Source: Selaginella moellendorffii (Eukaryota > Plantae > Lycopodiophyta). Taken from it: a stretch of DNA of 64,000 nucleotides. Below the pieces are notes generated by a model. That model worked only from the letters and a program-made list of their open reading frames with translations. It searched no databases and was not told where the DNA came from. Where the stretch lies: positions 68,169-132,168 of the forward strand of contig NW_003314304.1 in assembly GCF_000143415.4 (NCBI RefSeq), in the 5' to 3' direction. The translations under genes were made by a program, and so were the position numbers. Positions 23,241-37,206 of the stretch are shown in pieces. The number at the start of each line of letters is the position of its first letter. The first letter of the stretch is position 1.

Positions 23241-26200
23241 ACCCAACCTCCGTATATGCATCTATGGATGGCATCACCTAGGATGCCTAGCATGACTCCC
23301 CACACCAGTGCACCAATTTATACTCAAAGCACACTACAGATCACAGCTTAGGAACCTAGTTCCTCTACACTACCAAGTCCTTTCACTTGACAAGTCTGAG
23401 ATCATGCATGAACTCCTCCATACTTGGCCCCATAGGCCACCCTTTTTGAAGTTAACACCTTCAACTAGGGTATTTGTTCCCCCAACTTGCCAACCTTGCT
23501 TAGCAAATCATCTAACCACTGTAATAAGCGTGAAAGTCCTTAACCATCAACTTTTGTTCAAAGCTATCTCTTTGAACACTCGGGAACTACTTCCCTGACC
23601 TTGATAGCGTTGCTTCATGGCAAGCTCCAAGACCACGCTTCTGCTGTGCCACTCTGATTTTGCGCATTCTATAAACCATTTACACTTGGTTTTCTAGGTA
23701 CTATACTACCTAGAATTGTCTTTGGAAACATTGAAGGAACTCTGTCCCTTACCTTACTAAGGCTTCTCCTTTCACAAGCTTTTTAATTGCCATATAGTCT
23801 AACATGAATAATTTCATATTTTAGACTCTCCATAACATCACAGTTGCTAGTAGCAACATGCTCGAGCACCCACTTGATTCTCCACTCCCAACTTATATAA
23901 CTAGCCTTATGTATGCCTTTTGATTCCTATGGTTAGGTTCTATCCCTTTACTATTTACCTTTTGGCCTCACACGTTATTCTCCTCCAGCCTAGGAGGATA
24001 GTTTTGCATTTTCTACCATGCCTTAACAAGTATTCTTAGGGATGAACATACCCATTAACCTAAGGAGTGGTTCCTCCATCCAGGTATGCTCACCTTGTAA
24101 TCCCACACACCGAGATTAATATTGCTACTTATGGGCCTTTATATACCTATTACTAACCTTGCCAAAATCCCTTTCTTGCTTTGTCCAATTCAGATATACG
24201 GACTTCTTTTACCTCTGCAACATTGGACGTTTGGATAGCACCTCCTATCTGTCATTCACTAGGGACTTAGTCCCTTGGGCCTTATCTAATGCTGTCGCGA
24301 ATGTGACTTCAGGTATCGAAAGTTACCTGTCGGCTAGTCCTTACGGACACTCTTACCTTACTGCCACGATGGCAGGAGGTCGGTATTGCTGGACCTGTTA
24401 TTAGTCTCCACCTAAGCTAGTTGAGAAACTGGTCACCACATGTGCACTTAGACCGGAAGGGCACTAAGGAAGGAAATCCTAAGTTGTCATTTAGTCAAGC
24501 AGACTTGACACGGTGATGAGAAACTCATGATGTTGGCTTGCACTTGCTAGTGTTGGGAACCCCCGCGATATTGAGCTTGGTCCCTCAATATCGCTAGATG
24601 ATAGCTTACCGTGTCTGCCAAACACCCTCGCTATCATGCCTTTTGTGTTGGTCTCATTTCGGTCCCAAATGCTATTTATGGAAAGTGTCCAAATTTGCTT
24701 ATTTGGCATATTTACGGAATGTAGAGATCGGCCTGAACGCAATGGTGTTTGTCCCATATCCAAATTTGCAATCTAAAGACATTCCATATTTAGTAAGTTT
24801 CAAGTTTATCCCAAAGACTAACTCCTGATACTAAGGGAGGCTTGGGGTGAAAGCCTAAAGCATGTGTTCCTCAAGGGGGGGGGGATATGGGGGGTTCCAA
24901 ATGTATAGTAGGGATAGTGGGTAGGTTGGGCATGGCCGACCAACCTAAGGCATAGTCTAGCTCCTGCTTGCGTGCCTGTCCTTGTTCTGCGTCCGGCTTG
25001 GGTCTAAGCCCAAGTTCCATTCCATGCTAGTTGGTGGAGTACCCATATCCTCGCGTTAGGCCACCGGTATGCTAAAATATCGCCAGACTCCATTTGGCTC
25101 CGTTTTGCGTGCTAGTCCTGGCATTGGGATGTTGGTTGCTCCAGGATTGTTCCAAGTCGCTCTGGGCCCCTGTCCCTTCGCTCTTTGGGCTATATGCTTG
25201 AGAGTTGCTCCGTGGTTCGGTTCCATCACTCCTTGGCTCCACGCTTGGGAGTTTGGCACCGTTCTTTCGTTCAGTGGCCCAAGGCCCTGAACCTCGAGTT
25301 CCTATGGACACGTGGCATGCACATGTGGCATGTGACACGTGGCATCTGTCACGTGGCACAAAGAGGGTTTAGGTTCCGCTTCGTGGTGTTATCCTATGGT
25401 AAATCACCATAGGATAAAGGGTCAAAACCACGTGCGCTACATTTGGTATCAGAGGATGAGTCTCAGCGAGTACTATTTAATGAGATTAGGCAACTAGTCT
25501 CATTGCATATGCAGAGATGAAAACGATGATCCGAGTGGGTACACATTTTGGTGCAAAGACTTCGCAATCGTTCCTTGGGTATGGATTCGGTTACCTTCTT
25601 GTACCGTAATTATATGAGCTTGCTCTTGGGCTCATAAGATGGATTTGAGTTGTTCCAGTAGCACGAGTTTGCGCTTGGGCTCGTGAGTGAGGCACATTAG
25701 CAACTCAAGGTTGCACTTTGAGTTGGCAGGATTAATGTTAGCCTATCGTTGGTTCTGTGAGTTGTTCCATGTACCGTGGGTGAAAGCAAACCTCCCTGGG
25801 TTTGTTATGAGTGGCAAATAGGCTGGTCCATAGCTGTTTAGCATGGCACTAGTGGATCCTTCCTAGGCATGATTATAAATGGATCAATCAAGACTATAGG
25901 GATTAATCTATTGGTTCAAGTAATCATGGCCGTGCTCTCTCATAAACTTTTCTTGGATTGAACTGAAGGCAGTGTGAAAGCAAGCTTGAGGTTTGGTCAA
26001 AGATGAGACCGAAAAGAGAGTCATCGGGGACGGAGGATCAAATACGTAAATCATTTTCTCTTCTTGGAGAGATGATTTGCAATGAGGTGTTAACTCATTA
26101 CTTGTGTTCACATCATGCAATCAAGAGTCCCTATCTTGATGCATGTTGGAAGTGATGGTCTTACAAATGGTGAGTTATGGGATGGATAGTGGTGAAACAC

Positions 26201-26900
26201 TAAACCATTTTGTCTAGGCTCGCTATTGGAAGACTTGGGTTGCAATGCTCAATTCTTTTCCGGGGAACCTTGCTATTGCTCCTTGAGTAGCTTGGTGTTG
26301 GATTAGTGTTGAGTTTGGTCGGAAAGAGAGTGGCATGAGCTTGTCCGTGTTGTGAACAAAAGTTAGTGGTGTTGGGTGTCGTAAACCTCTATTGGTGGAG
26401 TGTGGCATTTATGTTGCATTTTGTCGAATCGAGTTGGCATTTGATACTCACATAAACGTTTGAAGTAATGACATAGGCATTGCTCATTGCGTTACTCAAT
26501 TGATGATCAAGTCATTGTGATGCTTATATCATATCCATGTGATAAAGAGTAATGCGTTTACGAAGTTGCTTGGGTAAATGATGATCAACCCCAAAGTGGT
26601 TGATGGAGAAGCTAGTCTACTTGAACGAAGTAGCATTATAGTAGCTTTGACTGGATTCTCGATGGTGGTTCATTATGCTAAGCTTAAGTAGGTACCTTGT
26701 TTCCTAGAGTTCGCCCATTAAGATGTTGGAAAAAGGTTATAGCATTCATTTGCTATGGCTTGTTGGTTGATTCATTAGCACTTGGAGTAGATTGTTGGAT
26801 GGAGAAGATGTGTAGTTGGGGCATTGACATCACTAGCACTTGTGTTAGTGGAGGTGGCATTGTTATTTCAAGTGATAAGGAAGTTTCCTTAGAGCTTGAT

Positions 26901-28245
26901 TTTCCATGTCATTTTTCTTGTTAGTGTTTTGGCTTTTGAAGAAGAGTGTTAGTGCAATGTGGATATCCGAAGATGTGGTCTTCGTGATCAAGCCTTGGAT
27001 GTTCATTTTGCATTTTTGCGGATGTCAGTGTTGGATGTCGGAAAAATGGGCAAAGATGTTTAATGCTTAAGCATATTATGGGTCGTGAGAATTTGTGTTG
27101 AGGTGAACCTATATGAAGTTGTTAGTAGGAGGAAGTTGGTTGAGTCTTGAAGGTTTGCAATCCTAGACTGGGAGTCATTCTTTCTCTAGGATGGAAAATT
27201 TTCCACAAATTTTCTTAGACTTTTCCAATAGCTGATCTATTGATCACTTTGCTGAAAACCATTCCGTTTTCGTAAGCCAGTACAAACTAGTGAAGGGGTT
27301 CACGATGACTTCAGTCGGCTTAAACCTTAGTAGATAGTTTGTATGATGCGGCCTGAAAGGGATGCTAACTTTTGGGGCTAAGGCAATTGAGTTGGATAGA
27401 GTCTGGAGTTGGTGTAGAAAGAAAGGTGACCTTTGTGCCTGTCTTCTATAGTGTTCTGCTTGGTGGTAGGTTGCACCTTGCATTTCATTAGACTCTATGA
27501 GAGTAGTGAGCTCTCACTGATCTTGACTTGGTTTTGGTGGCCCTGCACCTTTTCCATGTCATTTTTCTTGTTAGTGTTTTGGCATTATATTGGATCTTGA
27601 ACGTGATTGAAGAAAAGTGTTAGTGCAATGTGGATATTCAAAGATGTGGTCTTTGTGATCAAGCCTTGGATGTTCACTTTGCATTTTGCGAACGTCAGTG
27701 TTGGATGTTGGAAAAATAGGCAAAAAATGTTTGATGCTTAAACATGCTATGAGTCATGAGAATTGGTGTTAAAGTGAACCTATGTGAAGTTGTTGGTAGA
27801 AGGAAGTTGGTTGAGTCTTGAAAGTTTGTATTCCTGGATTGAGAGTCATTCTTTCTCTAGGATAGAAATTTTTCTACAAATTTTCTTAGGTTTTTCCAAT
27901 GGCTCATCTATCGGTCACTTTGCTCGAAAACCATTCTGTTTTCGTAAGCCAATACAAACTAGTGAAAGGGTTGGAGTTAACTTCGGTTAGCCTAGACCTT
28001 AGTATGTAGTTTGTATGATGCAGCCCGAAAGGGATGCTAACTTTTGGGGCTAACGCAATTGAGTTGGATAGAGTCTGGAGTTGGTGTAGAAAAGTGGCTG
28101 TTGTGCTTTTCTAAGAAAGGTGACCCTTGTGCCTTTCTTCTATAAGCGTTGTGCTTAGTGGCAGTTTGCATCTTGCATTTTGTTAAACTCTATGAGAGTA
28201 GTGAGCTCTCACTGATCTTGACTTGGTTTTGGTGGCCCTGTGCCT
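26901..28245 (+). repeat. Tandem duplication (~650-690 bp units) inside the B1 internal region
   Basis: TTTCCATGTCATTTTTCTTGTTAGTG starts at both 26901 and 27551; the other B copy has a single unit (~2170-2855). Confidence 0.85.
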
Positions 28246-28458
28246 TGGCTGAGGATGGTGATGTCCAACTTAGTTGTTTGCAAGTTGAGATGTTGGTACC
28301 CATACTATAGCTTTGTCTATGAGGAGGTTGTGTACCAATATGAGTCCATCTCATGGTCTTCACTTTAGTTTCAACTGAGTGTTGATCATGCATAGCTAGC
28401 CTCTTCAAGGCATGCTCAGAACTAGTGACTAAATGCATTAGTGAGCTTATTGCGGTTG

Positions 28459-28582
28459 NNNNNNNNNNNNNNNNNNNNNNNNNNNNNNNNNNNNNNNNNN
28501 NNNNNNNNNNNNNNNNNNNNNNNNNNNNNNNNNNNNNNNNNNNNNNNNNNNNNNNNNNNNNNNNNNNNNNNNNNNNNNNNNN
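28459..28582. other. Assembly gap (124 N)
   Basis: Run of n. The flanks are collinear with 3067-3194 of the other B copy. Confidence 1.
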
Positions 28583-31500
28583 AACGCAAGTTGAGGAGTG
28601 ATTGTTAGTTGCTTTGCGACTAGTGATTACTTGTAGACTTCATCAAGGACTGTTGACACTTGCTTTGCTCGATGATAATTTAGCAGTGGTGGGTTTGCTT
28701 TACCGGATGGTGTTGCGGAGGATCATGTCATTAGGCTAACATGGTTTTTCCATGTTGGCATGTCAATTCCTTTGTCGATATCATTTGGTTACGTTTGGTC
28801 TATAATGTTGGATTTCATTGAGTCTTGGATGTGGTGATTCACTCCTTGAGGAAGTGTTATCCGTGACTGAGTATTGTTGAGAAATTGGTCTTGGATACTG
28901 AGTAAAGTATCTCCGACTTTGGTTAGCTTGGTTGCTAGAGAGTTTTGAGTGGTGATTCACTCTTGCTTTCTGCTAGCTTTGTTCTATTGTTGATGGCATT
29001 GAAGTGATGCCTTGTCGTTGACATTATTGAGGTTGAGATTCAAAGTGAAATGAGATGTCTCTCCTTAGGATTGATATTGAATTTCATTAATCTTAATGAA
29101 GATAGTGTTGATGATTTGGCTATAGCTTTATGTTGTTGGCATTCATGCATTTGCTAGTTAGCAACTGTGTTGACGTTCAAATGAACTTAGTGGCAAGTTG
29201 AGTTAGTTGTGTTCTAGACGAGATTATTTAGTAGGGGTTGAGCTTTGAGCTTTTCCTTGAAAAGTGATTTAGTCATGGACTATGCTAACTCTACAAGTGG
29301 GAGAGTTAGTGATCGATGTTGGAATATTTTGAATCCTTATGGGATTTTAGTTGAAATATATCAATCATTGATGATTCTTCTTGTGCTTGCTATGAAGTGA
29401 GTTACGTCTTGCTATAGATGGATTCATGGAAGATCGTTTGATGATCACTTGTTGAGCATAGCTTCGTTATACTTAGCTTTTGGATTGATGCAAATACGCT
29501 CTTCATTAGCTTTGGCATTATGAAGTTTGGCTTATGGATGTGTTGAGGAAGATATTGTGAGTTGCATCACGATTTCTTCTTTCACATTAAAGTTAGCTTT
29601 TATGGGACTTGTGATCATTATTAGGCAAGACTTGGCTATAGGCTTCTTTGAGCTTTGGTTCTTTGAGTTTTATGCTCATTGTTCCATTTGTTAGAAGTTG
29701 TTGGGGAGGGCATTTTGGCTCATTAGCTTCGATGTTGAAGTTGGCTTTGCATCTGGCAATCATTGGTGATGATTGACTATCATCTAGGGTAGTTGATTGT
29801 CCTTATCACAAGTTTTGCTTGATTATTGATGGTTTGGAATTATTTGCTATTCTTCGGGATGGTAGATTCTTTCTTCAACGATGATTATACATCACTACAT
29901 TGATGGGCTAATTGATGATCTTTCATGATAGTTAGTTGTTCTCTTTGATGGCTTTTGGCTTTTCGCAATACCACATGTTCTTTGTGGTTTGATCTGGATT
30001 GGTCTCTTGGGTTTGAGATGTCAGTAGGATGTTGCTAACACTTGCTTAGGCAACTTGAGTTCCTTGGTATTGTTGGCTGGGATCTATTTAGATTGGCTTT
30101 TGTGATAGTTGGCAGGAATGAGTGTTTGTTGGTCTTACCACATTCATTCTCTTTTGTTGATTATTGCTCGAGTTAGTTCTCATAGATTAGGATGTTATTT
30201 CCTTTGGGTGATACATTCGCGAGCATTGTGCTTGTTAGTCAATGATACTTTGTGTTCTTTGAGTTCTCTCTAGTAAGTTGTTAGCTTACTGTCTACTATC
30301 TTTGGTAGTTAAGTTTCATCATTGAGTTTCCTTGATGATATACTAGCTATTGAATTTTGTTAGATGGTCATTCCTATGTTTGCCAAATTATGATGATCTT
30401 GGTCGTTCCTATCTACAATACTACTGGTTTATCGGATGATAACTTGCTTAGAATACTTTTGTGTTCTACTCTGAGATATAATCACTAGTAATTGAGCTTC
30501 TTAGATATCATTGTCTCTGACTTTGATATTGTCCATCTATTGATCTTTGAGTTTGGGCCAGTATAGGCAGACTGGCTTCGGCACTTCGTGTGCATGTTGA
30601 AATCTCTAGTCATGGGGTAGCTACTGTCGACTGGTCACATCACCTGCCTCTCTGTCGATGTTCCTTATTTTGTTGAAAGGGCGTGACCGTGTAAACAACT
30701 CTAACTGCCTGTTTACAGTAGTCTATCTAAACCTTACCGACGGGTTTGGTTTCTTTGCTCAGGAGGGTTGGGGCCTCTAGCTTCTCTCTCTATATTCCTG
30801 TGGGCAGGGGCATATCACACTTTTGTAGCTGGGTGACACCCAGAGCAGCAAAGGTGGCTGACTTCGTTGGTCATTTCCTTGTCGGTGACGGCCGGAATGT
30901 GTCTGAGCTGGTAGCGCATCGCGTTAGACAAAGAGGTTGCCCCTTTAACTCATTTAAGTTGGTGCATTTCTCACATAGTGTGAGTACCGTGAACTTTTTC
31001 TGGAGTTGTTTCCTTGGCGGTATTCTAGACTCGAGTATGCATCGACGAGGACGTCGATCTTCCCAAGGGGTGGAGAGTGTCGCGAATGTGACTTCAGGTA
31101 TCGAAAGTTACCTGTCGGCTAGTCCTTACGGACACTCTTACCTTACTGCCACGATGGCAGGAGGTCGGTATTGCTGGACCCGTTATTAGTCTCCGCCTAA
31201 GCTAGTTGAGAAACTGGTCACCACATGTGCACTTAGACCGGAAGGGCACTAAGGAAGGAAATCCTAAGTTGTCATTTAGTCAAGCAGACTTGACACGGTG
31301 ATGAGAAACTCATGATGTTGGCTTGCACTTGCTAGTGTTGGGAACCCCCGCGATATTGAGCTTGGTCCCTCAATATCGCTAGATGATAGCTTACCGTGTC
31401 TGCCAAACACCCTCGCTATTATGCCCTTTGTGTTGGTCTCATTTCGGTCCCAAATGCTATTTATGGAAAGTGTCCAGATTTGCTTATTTGGCATATCTAC

Positions 31501-31995
31501 GGAATGTAGAGATCGGCCTGAACGCAATGGTGTTTGTCCCATATCCAAATTTGCAATCTAGAGACATTCCATATTTAGTAAGTTTCGAGCTTGTCCCAGA
31601 GACTAACACCTGATACTAAGGGAGGCTTGGGGTGAAAGCCCAAAGCGTGTGTTCCTCAAGGGGGGGGGGGGGGGGCTATGGGGGGTTCCAAATGTATAGT
31701 AGGGATAGTGGGTAGGTTGGGCATGGCCGACCAACCTGAGGCATAGTCTAGCTCCCGCTTGTGTGCCTGTCCTTGTTCTGCGTCCGACTTGGGTCTAAGC
31801 CCAAGTTCCATTCCATGCTAGTTGGTGGAGTACCCATATCCTCGCATTAGGCCACCGGTATGCCGAAATAGCGCCAGACTCCGTTTGGCTCCGTTTTGCG
31901 TGCTAGTCCTAGCATTGGGATGTTGGTTGCTCCAGGATTGTTCCAAGTCGCTCCGGGCCCCTGTCCCTTCGCTCTTTGGGCTATATGCTCGAGAG

Positions 31996-33100
31996 TGTAA
32001 GCGGCTAATTTTTCCATTCTACTTTAGTCACTAAACCACACCTCCGACCACTTGGAGGAGTCTCATTCACAACCTCCATAAGCCCAACTCAGGGCTTGGG
32101 GCTTGCTAGCCCCGAGAATGGCATCCAAATTGTACCACAACAACCTTAGCACTTGGTCCAAGTGCTCCACGTGTCCGATCCCATGATCGACACCCCAAGG
32201 TACCACCGACATATCGGCCCGTTACGCTAAGGCCATGCCCATTTACCTCGGTCACACTGGTGGTCCAACACCACCTACATTCCAATCCCGTCTCTCAAAG
32301 ACTGGGTCATCCATCCATGAGTGATCATCCCAGATCCACTCCTTAACATCCTTAGGATGCCTACAGACATGGGGAATAGCCTTCCCCAATATCTCTGTTC
32401 CGGTCCCTGCCATGTCCCTTTCTGTCCTTGGCTGTGTTCGCCAACACTACCACTGGATCGAGGCCCACCGGCCCGACCACTAAGTCCCACTATCCTCTAG
32501 GACTTCCTCACTGTGTGACTGTGTCCTTGGTCACTGCCCCAGAGGACTGCTCCTCTTCCTTTCCACAGTCTGGGCCTTTGGGACAACATTTCGGAACACC
32601 GTGGCCTTACGCGAGCCACCTGGGTACTCTCCTCGCCTTCTGCCCTTGGGTGCTCTAGCCATGGGCTTAGAGCGGGTTCCATTGAGCCACACCAGGTATC
32701 CAAGTAGGTAGTGCCACCCACACTTGGACTGGGAGCATCGGCCAGTCGATCTCCCGGGGGAACCAGAGCCGGCTCTTGAACACTTCACCAAGCTACCCCA
32801 CTTGTTGGTCCGTGTTCACTCTAGTCTTGGACTTCCCAGTGGGCAGCTCATCACCCAACACTGGGTCCGGCCTTCCTGGGCCAAACTGGCCTTTCCTGGC
32901 CAAACTGGCTCCACTACAGTCCTCCCCCTACTATACTTTTGGAGCTCACCAAACCCCCCAGGGTCTGGGAGACGAACGCTTTGGGCTTTCACCCTCTCAG
33001 GCTCCGGACTCGAACTCGGACTCGGACTTGGACTTGGACTCGGATTCGGACTCAGACTCGGGCTCAGTCTCGGCCTCGGCCTCGGTCTCGGTCTCGGTCC

Positions 33101-33136
<36 letters not shown>

Positions 33137-33756
33137 TGGTCCCGGTCTCGGTCTCGACTTCGGACTCCATCTCGGACTCTATCTCGGACTCCATCTCGGA
33201 ATCCATCTTGGACTCCATCTCGGGTCCATCTCGGGTCCATCTCGGACTCCATCTTGGACTCCATCTCGGGTCCATCTCGGACTCCATCTCGGACTCCATT
33301 TCGGGTCCATCTCGGGTCCACCTCGGACTCCATCTCGGACTCCATCTCGGGTCCATCTCGGACTCCACTTCGGACTCCAACTCGGGTCCATCTCAGGTCC
33401 ACCTCGGACTCCACTTCGGACTCCATCTCGGACTCCATCTCGGGTCCATCTCGGACTCCACTTCGGACTCCAACTCGGGTCCATCTCGGACTCCACTTCG
33501 GACTCCAACTCGGGTCCATCTCGGACACTCCCACGTGTCATGTGTTGGTCCTTTTGGGTCCCTTTTTGGAGCCTCGCCTTTTGCTCGCTTCGTGCTCGTT
33601 CCTCGAGCACTTCGTTGGGAGTTCCACTCCCGCTCTTGACTTTTCAAGTCGGAGCTTTTGGTCCAAACGTGTTATGCTCGTTGGCTCTCGCTTCGGCCAC
33701 TACCATGTGGCGCCCTTCCAGCTCCACTTTGGGGCCTAGGGATTTTGTGTCTCACA
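31996..33756 (-). mobile_element. Family-A solo LTR inside the B1 3' LTR
   Basis: TG...CA termini, TSD GAGAG (31991-31995, 33757-33761), minisatellite at ~33003-33525. Confidence 0.95.
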
Positions 33757-36700
33757 GAGAGTTGCTCCGTGGTTCGGTTCCATCACTCCTTGGCTCCACG
33801 CTTGGGAGTTTGGCACCGTTCCTTCGTTCAGTGGCCCAAGGCCCTGAACCTCGGGTTCCTATGGACACGTGGCATGGACACATGGCATGTGACACGTGGC
33901 ATCTATCACATGGCACAAAGAGGGTTTAGGTTCCGCTTCGTGGTGTTATCCTATGGTAAATCACCATAGGATAAAGGGTCAAAACCATGTGCGCTACAAA
34001 TGCCCTCATAACACTAAACACCACTTCCTGGTGTTTTAGAGTGCTTAGGTGTCCCAATGATGGCCTCTTTGACAATGAGCATTCCCTTTATAACATTGAC
34101 TTACTTTATCACAACATAAGCAATTTATCCCCCATAAGGGTATATCTAACTTCTTTATCCCAATAAAAAGTCAGTAGGTAGTTACATTCTACCAATTTAA
34201 CTAATTATTTTGCACCTTTTGCTTAGTTACCTCATAGTTGTCAAGTCCCACAAGTCATTGTTGGTGTTTCCACACCTCCATCATTATTTAGGTCACCACA
34301 CTCCAACCGCATGCCTTCCAGCTTAGGCTGTGTTATTCCCATTTCCATTAAGATTCCTTTGGGAAGGGGTTCTCATGAACCTGCCAACTTGACCTTAAGG
34401 CATCACACCTTGGTGCATTCGGTATCTCTACACTATCGGCTCTACAAGCCTACTTTTATGACACTTTTTACTTGTGTCTAAGTCCTTGCCAAAACTAATA
34501 TAGTTCTTTCTCATACCAACTATCCATTAGCATTGCACTATAGAGTTTACACACAACTTTGTGCCAAATTTGTTCTCTTTTGGGAACACCTTTCCCACAA
34601 TTTTAGTATAGCACATTCTGCCATTAATGAGATACCCACTGTTCTCATACTTGGATCTTATGATCCTCCCTATCCTTTGTGGGGCACAATACACCTCAAT
34701 CCAAATGCTTTTACCAATCCCTTAAGACCATTCCTTAACTCTACTTGAGTCATTCAGCATTTTTGGATTTTGTTAATCCAATGACCCGTAAGGTCTTATT
34801 TTTGAAGTGCTAGTTCACTGGAATACAACTTTGTGTATTCATGTCTTACTCACAAGGACCATCTTTGCAAGTGTTGTTCTAACACTTGATTATTCCTTGT
34901 TTTCTATGGGCTATTCTTGCTCCTTAGGACTATCCATCCATATCATAAGAATACTGACTCATCCTCTGAGCACACCCCCAACTTTTTGGATTTGTTCCAA
35001 CATTTATAAAAGGTAGCCCCGACTACTATTTCAAGGACTTTATCCTCATCCATATTTGACCTCTCATGGTCATTAGTTCTAGTCTCCAATTCATGAGCAC
35101 TAGCCTCAACTACATAAGGATAATCTTGTGACTCATTCATTGTTTTGGAGTCCCTATCTTTCTTGTGATCTCAATTATAGTTGTTTACCACAACTACATT
35201 AGCCAGTTTGATAAATCAAACGCTCATTTAGATCACATCCTCAACTCTTTGAGAAAAACTTTATATTGTTTCCAAGATCCCAAAGTTCCATTATTGGCCC
35301 TTTTCTATCCACCACCTCATCTACAAATTCATACTATAGTGGAGAGCCATGTCTTCCTGACTTGCTACTCCCCAAGGATAGGCCCACTTCTAGGACCTTC
35401 TAATACCAACACTAATGGTGATATACTTGAGCACCAATAAAAGTTAAACTTAGGAATAACTCCGATACCAAATTGTAAAAGACTAAATTTTCCATTCTAC
35501 TTTAGCCACTTAACCACACCTCCAACCACTTGAAGGAATCTTACTCACAACCTCTGTAAATCCTATTTTGGACTTAGGGATTTGCTAGCCCTAAGAATGG
35601 CATCCATGCCACTCAGCCATTGCACTTGGTTCAAGTGCTCCACGTGTCTGATCCCATGACCGACACCCAAAGGTATCACCAACATATTAGCTCGTTACGC
35701 TAAAGCCATGCCTATCACATTAGTGATCCAACACCATTTGCATCACCATCTACATCACCATCCCATCTCTCAAAGACTGGGCCTATCCATCCACAAGTGG
35801 TCATCCCAGATCCACTCTTTAGCATCCTTAGGATGCCTGTAAACATGGGGAACAGCCTTCCCCAATATCCCTTTTTCGATCCCTATCAAATCCCTTTCCG
35901 ACCATGTCTGTGTTCACTAATATTGCCACTAAATCAAGGCCCACAAGCCCGACCACCAAGTACCAGAGTCCTCTAGGACTTCCCTACCATGTGACCATAT
36001 CCTTAGTCACTACACTAGAGGACTGCTCCTCTTCCTTTCCACAGATTGAGACTTTGGGACAACATTTCGGAACACCGTAGCCCTATGCGAGCCTCATGTG
36101 TACTCTCCCCGCCTTCTGCCTTTGGGTGCTCTAGCCATGGGCTTAGAGCAAGGTTTCGTTGAGCCACACCAGGTATCCAAGTAAGTAGTACCACCCACGT
36201 TTGGACTAAGAGCATCGGCCATTCGATCTCCCAAGGGAACTAGAGCTAGCTCTTGAACACTTCACCTTGTTTATCGGTCCATATTCATTCTAGCCTTGGA
36301 CTTCCTAGTGGTTATCTCATCACCCAACACCTGGGTACAACCTTCATGGGCCAAACTAGCCTTTCCTGGCCAAACTGGCTCCACTGGAGTCCTCCCCCTA
36401 CTATACTTTTGGAGCTCACCAAACCCTCTAGGGTCTGGGAGACGAACGCTTTGGGCTTTCACCCTCAAACTTGAACTCGGGCTCGGACTCAGGCTCGAAC
36501 TCAGACTCGGACTCGGACTCGGACTTAAACTCGGGCTTGGGCTTATTCTCGGCCTCGGCCTCCATCTTGATCTTGGTCTTGGTCCCAGTCTCATTCTCAG
36601 TCTCGATCTCAGTCTCATTCTCGGTCTCGTTCTCAGTCTCGACCTTAGACTCCATCTCAGGTCCTTCTCGAACTCCATCTCGGACTCCATCTTGGACTCC

Positions 36701-37206
36701 ATCTCAGTCCATCTCGGACTCCATCTTAGACTCTATCTCGGACTCCATTTCGAACTCCATCTCAGGTCCATCTCGGGTCCTTCTTGGACTCCATCTCGAG
36801 TCCATCTCAGACTCCATTTCGGACTCCATCTCGGGTCCATCTCGGACTCCACCTTGGACTCCATCTCGAGTCCATCTTGGACTCCATCTCGGGTCCATCT
36901 CGGACTCCATCTCGGACTCCATCTCAGGTCTATCTCGAACTCCATCTCGGGTCCGTCTCAGACTCCATCTCAAATTCCATCTTGGACTCCATCTCGGACT
37001 TAACCAAGTGTCATGTGTTGGTCCTCTTGTGTCCCTTTTCTAGAGACTCTTTTATTGCTCATTTTGTGCTCATCCCTTGAACACTTCGTTGGGAGTTCCA
37101 CTCCCACTCTTGACTTTTCAAGTCAGAGCTTTTAGTCCAAATGTGTTATAATTGATTGGCTTTCGCTTTGGCCACTAGTACATAGCACTCTTTTGGCTCC
37201 ACTTTG

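Larger units (their letters stand above)
24293..33998 (+). mobile_element. Full-length non-autonomous LTR retrotransposon (family B, copy B1)
   Basis: 5' LTR 24293-25441, 3' LTR 31078-33998 (interrupted at 31996-33756), TSD AATGC (24288-24292, 33999-34003), PBS TGGTATCAGAG 25444-25454, PPT AAGGGGTGGAGAG 31065-31077. T-rich interior without long ORFs. Confidence 0.95.
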
